Both the position numbers and the translations under genes were made by a program. A model generated the notes under the pieces. The model searched no databases and was not told where the DNA came from. It saw nothing but the letters and a program-made list of their open reading frames with translations. DNA of 64,000 nt from Terriglobia bacterium (GTDB lineage Bacteria > Acidobacteriota > Terriglobia > JAJPHL01 > JAPKYU01), in contig CBDCVK010000010.1 of assembly GCA_965223005.1 (NCBI GenBank), forward strand, positions 256,001 through 320,000, written 5' to 3'. This document shows, one piece after another, positions 10,222 through 18,571 of the stretch. Positions within the stretch are counted from its first letter, which is position 1. Each line of letters begins with the position of its first letter.

Positions 10222-11010
10222 ATGGCAACAGCCAAATCGCTGCGTGTAGTGGTTACCGCAGGAGCCTCGGGGATTGGAAGAACCATTGCGGAGACCTTTC
10301 TCGCTCAGGGATCTTCTGTTCACGTCTGCGACATTTCCGAGACCTACCTTGAGGAGATCGCCGACACCCTTCCCCGCGTCGGCACGACACGGGCTGACGT
10401 TGCCGATGAACATCAGGTTGACCGGTTGTTTCAGGAAGCTACCAGCCACCTGGGTGGGCTCGATGTCCTGGTCAATAACGCGGGCATCGCTGGGCCGACA
10501 GCGGCGGTCGAGGAAGTCCAGCTGGAAGATTGGGCACGGACTTTGTTCACGCGGTCAACATAACGGGTCAGTTTCTTTGCGCTCGTCGCGTCAATAACGC
10601 GGGTCCCGCTCTTGAAGCGGGCCGGTGGCGGGTCGATCGTAAACATTTCCTCCGTCGCTGGGCGTCTGGGCCTGCCTTTGCGCGCGCCGTACTCAACATC
10701 GAAATGGGCGGTGGTGGGTTTCACCAAGACTCTGGCGGCGGAACTTGGCCCGCATGGAATCCGGGTCAATGCCATCCTGCCGGGGATGATCGACAATGAA
10801 AGAATGAAGGATGTCATCGAGGCTAAGGCGAGAGCGACTGGGATGAGCTATGCAGAATTGGAGGAGGAGTTAGTACGCTCGGTGTCGTTGCGAAAGAAAA
10901 TCAGCCCCCAAGATGTCGCTAACATGATCATTTTCCTTTGCTCCGATGCAGGAAGTAGCATCTCGGGCCAGGCGATCAGCGTCTGTGGGAATACGGAGTA
11001 TGCTCGCTGA
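10222..11010 (+). pseudogene. SDR oxidoreductase split by indels at about 10545-10610 (likely consensus error)
   Basis: TAGASGIG and NNAGIAGP in 10222-10563; YSTSK and VNAILPG in 10612-11010; junction repeats gtcaataacgcggg from about 10471. Confidence 0.8.
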
Positions 11011-11145
11011 GAAAGGCCTACAGGCTAACGGGGATTCACACGCAGACCTATTACGGGCATTAAATCCCTTCGTGATCTATAGCAGGATATTTGACAGACC
11101 AATAGTGGAGTACCAGGGGCCAACCTGGTTCGCTCGAAGATGCGG

Positions 11146-11565
11146 CTACACCCACCCAAGCTCCTTCATCGCAAGCCCCGAATTCCAAATCTTTGTCATG
11201 TGACTGAGCTTGTCGCCCTCGAAGAACATCACGTACACGTAGTCAGTCTTGACGCTCTTGCCGGTAGGCGGACACGGTCCGCCCTCGCCCGTATGCGTCG
11301 CCGAGAAAACAGCGTAGGCCGAAACGTTCTTGCGCTCGGCGTCAACGGCCCACGACTTGAGGTCGTAGCGTGCGTCGGGCATAAACCCGACCAGCGCCTT
11401 CATCCAATCGGCGTAGGCGGCAAGAGTCGTGATGCCGGCTAAAGGCTCGGCCTGAGCCGAGAAAGACGCATCCGGCTTGCAGTAGGGCGCGCACGTTTGC
11501 CAACCCTTTCCGGCCTCACAGGCCTCAAAAAAACCTCGCGCAGTTTGTTCCATAGAATGTGACAT
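11146..11565 (-). CDS. SnoaL-like / ester cyclase (NTF2-like) protein
   Basis: FFEACEAGKGW, ATHTGEGGP, DYVYVM, HMTKIWN. Confidence 0.8.
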   Translation of the reverse strand: MSHSMEQTARGFFEACEAGKGWQTCAPYCKPDASFSAQAEPLAGITTLAAYADWMKALVGFMPDARYDLKSWAVDAERKNVSAYAVFSATHTGEGGPCPPTGKSVKTDYVYVMFFEGDKLSHMTKIWNSGLAMKELGWV

Positions 11566-11699
11566 TGAATCCCCCCGGTGGCTTCAGCCGAGATTTCCTT
11601 TTTGGCCTTCCGGCGAGTGAAAATATACACTCATTTGCGTCCCACCGAGTACGATTGTTTCTCCGAGAGGGCCATCGGCTCAGAACCGCCCTTCCAGTT

Positions 11700-11864
11700 A
11701 AAGGTGGGAATCACCGGCGCTTCTCGTGGAAGAAGGGATTGACCTGGCGAGATCCAAAACTCTCCGGCATGCCTGACGGCCGGCTCATGATGGTCGCCGG
11801 CGGCGCAGTTTACGACGCAACCCGTCATCACACAGGATTCGTTTTACACGGGCAAGAACTCTAG
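11700..11864 (+). pseudogene. Remnant of a BNR/sialidase-like gene
   Basis: RDPKLSGMPDGRLMMVAGGAVY resembles sialidase-like propeller proteins; no credible start or remainder. Confidence 0.35.
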
Positions 11865-12721
11865 TTTGGTTCATCCCCGGTCGCGACATCATGGTCCTGC
11901 TCCCCGCCGGCAGCCGAAGCAGGGGCCAGCGCAAGCTGCGCTCCCGATTTGATGAGGCCGCCTTCGCCAGGGCCCTGGAAGAAACTGAATCCGTGACGGC
12001 CATTCCAAGCGAACGGACCGCCCAGCTTCTTGCCGGCTGCTAGAGTAGCGTCGTGGATTTTGGTGACTAACGCCTTGTACCTTGGGTCGCTCCGTTCCCA
12101 TCCTGTGAAGCTGCCCAGGTCGCCGCTCGCGGCGAAGATCACGTCGACGCCCGGAACCGCGGCGATCTTATCCACGATCGCAACACCGTCTGGCGATTCA
12201 ATCATGATCACGATCATGATGTTGTCGTTGGCGGTCTCACGGTAGTCCTTTCCCCAGACCGCAGCGTACTGACCACCACCGTGGCTGCGGCGCCCCAGGG
12301 GCGGGTACTTCGCATACTTGACCGCATCCTGAGCCTCTTCGACGGTGTGAACCATGGGAACGACGATCCCCAGAGCGCCGATGTCGGTCGCTTTCTGGAT
12401 GTCGCCTTCGGTGGCGTCCGGCACGCGAATGGAAGGAATGGCCGGAGCGTCCTTACAGGCCCAGATCATCTTGGCCACGTCGTTATACGTCAGCGGGCTG
12501 TGCTGCATCTCGATCCAAAGGAAATCGAAACCGGCGTTGGCCATGGCGCAATAGATGTTCGGGTCTGACGTGGAAACGGTGCCGCCAATAACGGGCTTGC
12601 CTTCCATCAGCTTCTGCTTCGCCGTGTTGTACATTCGCACCTGCGCTCGTACAGCCGATGGAATCACCAAGGACAGCATCATGCAGACCACAGTGGATAA
12701 GAGGACTCGTCTTCTAGTCAT
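11861..12721 (-). CDS. HpcH/HpaI aldolase family protein with predicted signal peptide
   Basis: DFLWIEMQHS, KYPPLGRRS, MIESPDG, GDL; AAGGAGAGG RBS before ATG 12721; N-terminus ends AVRA. Confidence 0.85.
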   Translation of the reverse strand: MTRRRVLLSTVVCMMLSLVIPSAVRAQVRMYNTAKQKLMEGKPVIGGTVSTSDPNIYCAMANAGFDFLWIEMQHSPLTYNDVAKMIWACKDAPAIPSIRVPDATEGDIQKATDIGALGIVVPMVHTVEEAQDAVKYAKYPPLGRRSHGGGQYAAVWGKDYRETANDNIMIVIMIESPDGVAIVDKIAAVPGVDVIFAASGDLGSFTGWERSDPRYKALVTKIHDATLAAGKKLGGPFAWNGRHGFSFFQGPGEGGLIKSGAQLALAPASAAGGEQDHDVATGDEPN

Positions 12722-13003
12722 GAACCTCTCCTTTGTTCGTGAGACGATGTTGTCAAACATTAGGCTTGGCTAGAACTTGGACCGTTCCAGGACACTGCGA
12801 TCCCCCCATCCTGGGTGGAGGTCCTCCAGTCGGACGTCGACCCTGCCAATATACATTTGAAACTAGTAGGGCGCTTGAACTATTCCCTGATGTTGTCGAG
12901 ACGCCATCAGGCCGGCAACTGCCTCATCCAAAAGTCGCGGATGTGATACAAGACCCTCGGTGACAGGTAGAGCAATCGACTGAGGAAGAGGAACTGGAGG
13001 CTA

Positions 13004-13967
13004 ATGCAAGAAGCCGGGCAATTCCTTCTTGAGCATGGCTACGCGGTCCTGTTCGCCCTGGTGTTCGCCGAGCAGATCGGCCTCCCCCTGCCTGCTATTC
13101 CCATCCTGCTGGCGACGGGGGCGATGGCCAGCACGGGCCATTTCTCTTTCACCCTGGCGCTGTTGGTGGCTGGTCTGGCTGCAGTGCTGGCCGACTGGAT
13201 CTGGTACCAGCTGGGCCGCCGCCGCGGCCACTCGGTCCTGAACCTGCTTTGCAGGATCTCCCTGGAGCCTGATTCCTGTGTGCGCCGCACGGAAGACGTC
13301 TTTGCCCGGCACGGCGCCCGCGCTCTGCTGTTTGCCAAGTTTGTTCCCGGCCTGAACGTTGTGGCGCCCCCGCTGGCTGGCATGCTGCGCATGCGCTTGG
13401 GGCGCTTTCTGGTATTCGACGGCCTCGGAGCGCTCTTCTGGGCGGGAGCGTTTGCTGGAGCAGGCTTTCTATTCGCCTCGCAGCTCGAGCGAGCGGCAGC
13501 CCAGGCTGCGCGGCTGGGGGCGTGGCTGCTTGTCCTGCTCCTTGCCGCGCTGGCCGGCTTCCTGGGTTGGAAGTACGCGCAGCGCCAGCGTTTTCTCCGC
13601 CAACTCCTCATCGCCCGCATCCACCCAAAAGAACTGATGGAGAAGCTGGAAGCCGGGGGGGGAGATGGTCATCGTGGACCTGCGCCACTTGATCACGTTT
13701 GAGGCGGACGGCGAAAAAGTGCCCGGCGCCCTGCACCTGCCACCCGAGCAACTGGATGCCCGCCACCAGGAGATCCCCCGGGACCGGGACGTGGTTCTCT
13801 ACTGCACGTGACCCAACGAAGCCACCAGCGCCCGGGTGGCGCTGCTGCTTCGTCGCCGGGGCATCTCACGGGTCCGTCCGCTGACCGGGGGCTTCGATGC
13901 CTGGCGCGCCGCAGGCTTTCCTCTGGAATCTGTAGCATCGCCTGGCGTTGCCAGTACAGCGCGATGA
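13004..13967 (+). CDS. DedA (VTT) domain-rhodanese fusion, predicted selenoprotein; +1 indel in G8 run 13655-13662, TGA=Sec at 13809-13811
   Basis: DedA motifs (EQIGLPLP, AKFVPG); after removing one G reads VIVDLR...VPGA...VVLYCT-TGA-PNEATSARVA...LTGGFDAW to TGA 13965-13967. Confidence 0.8.
13818..13851 (+). promoter_or_regulatory. Bacterial SECIS-like hairpin
   Basis: GAAGC-cac-CAGCGCC-cgggt-GGCGCTG-ct-GCTTC; apical loop 21 nt after the TGA with G at loop position 2. Confidence 0.65.
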
Positions 13968-13987
13968 CTGACCCGGCGGATCGCACC

Positions 13988-14016
13988 TTGACCCTAAGTG
14001 AAAGTGCAGATAGACT
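13988..14016 (+). promoter_or_regulatory. Sigma70-like promoter
   Basis: TTGACC-17 nt-TAGACT ahead of AAGGAG RBS and ATG 14034. Confidence 0.55.
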
Positions 14017-14033
14017 TAGAAGAAGGAGATTGT

Positions 14034-14573
14034 ATGTTGAGGCGCTGCACACTGTTGCTGGTGCTGGGTTTAGTCGTGGCTGTCACGCCGCTGACGGCCC
14101 AACTCCGCATCGGTGCGCGTCACGGCGGGCATCGCTTTCACAGCAGCTTCAGAGGAGGCTTCGGTTTCGCCTCCCACCGCAGCTTTTTTGCGCCTCGCTT
14201 CTTCGGCTCCGGGCTGTACCCGTACCACTTCGGATTCGGAGGCATTTCCCCACGGTTTGCTTATGGGGTGCCGATGGCCCGGCGCCCGCAGTATCGGGTA
14301 TGGGTTTTGGGCGCGACGCACGACTGGCGGTACTGGGACCCCACCTCTGGGATCGTCGAGGGGCCGCTGGTGGACAGCTCCGCGCATCAGGCCACCGGCG
14401 AAAGCGTTCCGCAGCCCTTCCTGGACAGCCGCGTCATCGGCATGGGGATCCCGCAGTGGGCACTCGGGAACCAGGAACCGTTGGGGAATGTGGCGCGGCG
14501 CCACCGGGCGCTGGCCGAGCGGACCCGCTCCGCCAGACCTCTGCTTGCCGCGCATCGCATCGAGCGGCCCTAG
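14034..14573 (+). CDS. Hypothetical secreted protein with G/F/H/R-rich N-terminal region
   Basis: RBS, signal peptide MLRRCTLLLVLGLVVAVTPLTA, C-terminal PLGNVARRHR. Confidence 0.6.
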   Translation: MLRRCTLLLVLGLVVAVTPLTAQLRIGARHGGHRFHSSFRGGFGFASHRSFFAPRFFGSGLYPYHFGFGGISPRFAYGVPMARRPQYRVWVLGATHDWRYWDPTSGIVEGPLVDSSAHQATGESVPQPFLDSRVIGMGIPQWALGNQEPLGNVARRHRALAERTRSARPLLAAHRIERP

Positions 14574-14749
14574 CCGGCGACAGACCAAGCTTCCTCTAAT
14601 TGCTCAGCTCCGGTGATTGCTCAGTACCTCTGATTTCTCAACTGCGGGCTCCTCTTCATCCCAAGAGCCAACAGAAGCAGCAATGTCAGGAATTGCCTTT
14701 CCGAAGTGAGCACATTTCGCGTACGAGCTTACTGCCGGGCTCAGCTCGT

Positions 14750-15628
14750 TCAGACGTAATCGGAGCAGGACATGTAGTAGCTGCAGCGGGAGCAGACCAG
14801 TTTGCATTTCTGCTCCACGAGGGGCGTACCGCAGTTGGGGCAAAACTTGGAGGGGGAAGCTTCCTCAGAATGCGCTTTCGAGTTCACGTGTTGCAGTGGC
14901 TTGGCGCCGGTGTGGGCGATGAGGCAAGTGGGTTTGCCTTTGGTGTCGCGGGCTTGCGACAGAGCGTCCAATAATTGCCGCATGTCGTGCCCATCCGCTA
15001 TGAGCGTCTGCCAGTTGAGGGACTTCCACTTGGGCTCCATTGGCTCGAGCTCCAGCAGTTTCTTGACCCGTTTGTCGAGCTGCGGGTAGTCGTAATCCAC
15101 AATGACGCACAGATGGTCGGCTTTGTGGAAGCTGCCCCACATGGCGGACTCCCAAAACTGGTCCTCCAGAATGTCCTGGTTGCCAAGCAGGACGTAGACA
15201 CGATAGTCCACCTGCTCGAGCCGCCCGGCTAGCGCCGCACCCAGCCCTAGCGACAGCCCATCGCCCAACGCCGCGCTGGAGGCTTCCAGCACCGGCAGCA
15301 TGTGCTTGTCGAGAGGGTGCGGAAGCCGGCTGCCAGCCTTGCACAAGCTCGGCAGCAAATCGCGAGGCAGGTAGCCAGCTTCGACATAGGCGCAGTAGAA
15401 AAGGGGCGCGCCGTGCCCTTTGCTCAAGAACAGGCGGTCGCGTTTCTCCCAGCCTGGCCGAGCCGGGTCGTGGCGCAGATGGTTGAAGAATAGGGCGGTC
15501 AGGATTTCGGTAGCCGACAGATGGGAGCTCGGCTGGTCGGAACCAGCCTCGGCGATCGTCCCGAGCAAGGCTTGCCGGATTCGGTTGGCGAGCTGCTCCA
15601 GCTCGACAATGTCTTCAATCTTCTTCAC
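14750..15628 (-). CDS. Degenerate transketolase N-terminal subunit fused to a C-terminal Cys-rich zinc ribbon
   Basis: RDRLFLSKGH, YRVYVLLG, DGHD, KPTCLIAHT; ends CPNCGTPLVEQKCKLVCSRCSYYMSCSDYV. Confidence 0.8.
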   Translation of the reverse strand: MKKIEDIVELEQLANRIRQALLGTIAEAGSDQPSSHLSATEILTALFFNHLRHDPARPGWEKRDRLFLSKGHGAPLFYCAYVEAGYLPRDLLPSLCKAGSRLPHPLDKHMLPVLEASSAALGDGLSLGLGAALAGRLEQVDYRVYVLLGNQDILEDQFWESAMWGSFHKADHLCVIVDYDYPQLDKRVKKLLELEPMEPKWKSLNWQTLIADGHDMRQLLDALSQARDTKGKPTCLIAHTGAKPLQHVNSKAHSEEASPSKFCPNCGTPLVEQKCKLVCSRCSYYMSCSDYV

Positions 15629-15761
15629 TGAAACCCAGGTGGGTAATGTAGCACAAGCTTTGCGCGCGAACCGGAGCGGTCGCGCCTGCGTAGGTCAGGC
15701 GCATTGCTGCGACCTCTGAGTGACCACTTGAAGGGGAAAACGGCAAGTCTCGCTGGCAATT

Positions 15762-16085
15762 TCAATAGAAGGTGATTTTTCCGTCGGCGACGTTGGCCAT
15801 GTAGTGGTCCCCCTCCAGGAACTTCATGATGCGGGCGCCGTGGCGGGCCCTCTGGGCCCAGAGCGATGTGGTACGCGGATTTTGCTCCACTCCCACCAGT
15901 TGCCGCCCCGCCACGATGAATTGCACCTGACGCAGGCGCTTGCTGCTTGTCTTGGTCACCGGATAGGCCCCGGCCCCCAGTTCCACCCGGTCCTTGCTGT
16001 CCACCATCACCTGGTGCCAGATGGAAACCAGTGCATCGGTCAGCAAATTACTTCGCGGTTCTGATGGGCCAGCGTCGTTTTCCAT
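15762..16085 (-). CDS. Conserved hypothetical protein (Acidobacteria-type)
   Basis: Compact ORF with LRQVQF, GVEQNP, WAQRAR, YMANVADG, recalled from Acidobacteria small proteins. Confidence 0.65.
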   Translation of the reverse strand: MENDAGPSEPRSNLLTDALVSIWHQVMVDSKDRVELGAGAYPVTKTSSKRLRQVQFIVAGRQLVGVEQNPRTTSLWAQRARHGARIMKFLEGDHYMANVADGKITFY

Positions 16086-16352
16086 ACCCAGTCAGTTGTC
16101 CAAGCCGGGTCATTATACCCCCATCATACTCTCATCCGGCGGATCAGGCAGGATCACCAGGCGGCCAGCGGCACCAAAGCCCAAGGCTCCTGGCGGCAAG
16201 GGCGATTGGGAGTATATAGAGGGCGATGCGGACAACCGCCCTGCGAGGAAAGTCCTGCCCCCCGCAGGGGGATCACATGTTTGCGTGCGCGGCTCTGCAA
16301 TTCGGACAGCATGCAGAGCCGCGCGTGTCAGGGAGAGTTCAGTTCAGGCGAC

Positions 16353-16898
16353 TTAGTGCTGCGGGCGATGAGACAGCCGGCGGTTGCGCCTTCGGAAGTC
16401 GTTGTCGCGCCGGTCGTGGCGCCGCTGGTGAACCTCGCGGTGCGCTTTCTGCTGGCGGCCGTGGAATCGGCGGTGCGCCCTAGAGCCGTCCGAGCCATCG
16501 AAGTCCGAGTACCGCTCGTGAAACTCGCCATGCCTCTCACGCAGGCCTCGATGAAACTTGCGGTGGTTTAGGCGGTCCCTCCTACCGCGTTGGTCGCGAT
16601 CCACAAACACACCACGGTCGTTGAAATTGAATATGCCGCCGCCCCTCCGCTGCAGCCCAGGTGGCAACTGGCCGGTACGCTGCACGTGCCGCGCCAGCCC
16701 CGGAGGCAAATTGCCGCCGCGCTTGGCCAACCCGGGCGGCAGGCCAACGCCACGCCCGCGGCCGTTGCGGAAAGCGCCATCTCCAAAACGACCTCTTCGG
16801 CCCCGTCGCTCTCCTTTGTGGTCGGCCATCAGGGAAGTGACCCCGAGGCCCGCCACCAGCATTGCCAACAACCCGGCTAACAACCCGCTTCGTTTCAT
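16353..16898 (-). CDS. Secreted LPPGL-repeat, His/Arg-rich protein
   Basis: AAGGAGG RBS, signal peptide, three LPPGL motifs, HxxFH repeats. Confidence 0.7.
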   Translation of the reverse strand: MKRSGLLAGLLAMLVAGLGVTSLMADHKGERRGRRGRFGDGAFRNGRGRGVGLPPGLAKRGGNLPPGLARHVQRTGQLPPGLQRRGGGIFNFNDRGVFVDRDQRGRRDRLNHRKFHRGLRERHGEFHERYSDFDGSDGSRAHRRFHGRQQKAHREVHQRRHDRRDNDFRRRNRRLSHRPQH

Positions 16899-17067
16899 AC
16901 TCCCTCCTTGTCCCCGCACAGCCGCCTATTCAGCGATTTGGACGAATCCGGGCACAAGACCGTTACGGGCAATATGCTCGACCAGGTAAAACAGGGGAGG
17001 TGCCAGGATTCAGAGGCCCCGTATCTCATTAGGTTTCCTGCGCAACTGAGCTTAGAATTAGTGCTAG

Positions 17068-18560
17068 CAGCCCGTGTCTAAAATCGCCAGATGGGGAAGA
17101 AACATGTTACTTCGGAAATGTTCTTACTTACAATCGGGCCATGGCCATGGGAACGCGCAAGCATCGTCAGCGACAAGAGCCGCTGTGGTATCGGGCAGAG
17201 TTGGCCGAGGCGCCCGGACACCCGTTCTACCGGCGGCTGCACCAACTGTTGGAGGAAGCCGATTTTGATCGATTCTGCGAGAGTCGGTGCCGGCAGTTCT
17301 ACCACGAGCGGCTGGGCCGACCGTCGTTGCCGCCGGGGATGTACTTCCGGTTGATGCTGATCGGCTTCTTCGAGGGGATCGACAGCGAGCGAGGCATCGC
17401 CTGGCGGGTGGCCGATTCCTTGAGTTTGCGGCAGTTTTTGCAGATTGGGCTGGATGAACAGACGCCGGATCATGTGACGATCTCGCGCACGCGGCGGCTG
17501 ATGGACGAGCCGACGCACCAGGAAGTGTTTGGATGGGTGCTGCGGCTGGTGGCCGAACGGGGCCTGCTGAAGGGCAAGACGATCGGCATTGACGCCACCA
17601 CGCTGGAAGCCAACGCGGCCATGAGGTCGATCATGCGGCGGGACAGCGGGGAAAGCTATACGGAGTACCTGAAGCGGTTGGCGGAGGCCGAAGGGATCGA
17701 AGCCCAGGATGCAGCGGCGCTGCGGAGGATGGACCGCTGCCGACCGAAGAAGATGTCCAATGCGAAGTGGGTGAACCCACATGATCGGGAAGCGGAGATC
17801 ACCCGGATGAAGGACGGGCGCACGGCACTGGCTTACAAGGCCGAGCATGCGGTGGACATGGAGACTGGGGCGATTGTGGCGCTGACGGCGCACGGGGGAG
17901 CGACCGGCGACACGGAATCGGTTCAGCAGACCCTGCCGGCGGCCGGCGCGGCGGTGGGCGAGCAGATCGCGACACCCACGGCCGAAGGGGAGTTTGTGGT
18001 GAACGCAGACGGGGTGGAAGAGGTGGTGGCCGACAAGGGGTATCACAGTGGGGAAGTGCTGGCAGAGATGCAGGCGATGGAGGTGCGGACCTACATTGCG
18101 GAGCCGGAGCGGGGACGGCGGCAATGGACGGGCAAGGAAGAGCAGAAGGCGGCGGTCTACCGCAATCGGCGGCGGGTGACGGGGCAGCGAGGGAAGGCGC
18201 TGCTGCGGAAACGTGGGGAGATGCTGGAGCGTCCGTTTGCGCACATGTATGAGACGGGCAGGATGAGACGCTTGTATGTCCGTGGGAAGATAAACGTGCA
18301 AAAGAAACTGTTGCTGCAGGCAGCAGCCTGCAACCTGGCGCTAGTTTTGCGCCAGCTGCTGGGGGCGGGAACCCCGCGAGGCCTGCAAGACCGCATCACC
18401 GAGCTGTTTTTGCTCGTTTTCTGGATCACTGCCACAAGAATGGCCCACCCCGAATCCCCCACGCCCCTATCCTGGTGCAACGGTCAAATTCACGGCTTTG
18501 CTCTTCACTTGCCCCGCCTGAAAAAGAGGCCGGCCCAAAGGCCGGTTTAGACACGGGCTG
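17068..18560 (+). mobile_element. Complete insertion sequence (IS1182/IS5-like), 1493 bp
   Basis: Perfect 15-bp terminal IRs CAGCCCGTGTCTAAA (17068-17082) and TTTAGACACGGGCTG (18546-18560), CTAG on both flanks. Confidence 0.92.
17141..18550 (+). CDS. DDE transposase
   Basis: GRPSLPP, IGIDATT, VADKGY, ERPFAH; stop lies within the right IR. Confidence 0.93.
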   Translation: MAMGTRKHRQRQEPLWYRAELAEAPGHPFYRRLHQLLEEADFDRFCESRCRQFYHERLGRPSLPPGMYFRLMLIGFFEGIDSERGIAWRVADSLSLRQFLQIGLDEQTPDHVTISRTRRLMDEPTHQEVFGWVLRLVAERGLLKGKTIGIDATTLEANAAMRSIMRRDSGESYTEYLKRLAEAEGIEAQDAAALRRMDRCRPKKMSNAKWVNPHDREAEITRMKDGRTALAYKAEHAVDMETGAIVALTAHGGATGDTESVQQTLPAAGAAVGEQIATPTAEGEFVVNADGVEEVVADKGYHSGEVLAEMQAMEVRTYIAEPERGRRQWTGKEEQKAAVYRNRRRVTGQRGKALLRKRGEMLERPFAHMYETGRMRRLYVRGKINVQKKLLLQAAACNLALVLRQLLGAGTPRGLQDRITELFLLVFWITATRMAHPESPTPLSWCNGQIHGFALHLPRLKKRPAQRPV

Positions 18561-18571
18561 CTAGGACCAGG

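Noticed and set aside
13655-13662. G8 tract as a phase-variation switch
   Set aside because: Several other genes have similar single-base indels, so homopolymer error is simpler; needs reads
16245-16272. GAGGAAAGTCC, an RNase P RNA signature
   Set aside because: No downstream AGTGCAACAGAAA or CAGAACCCGGCTTA motifs; it lies in a CCCTGCG/CGCAGGG hairpin better read as a terminator
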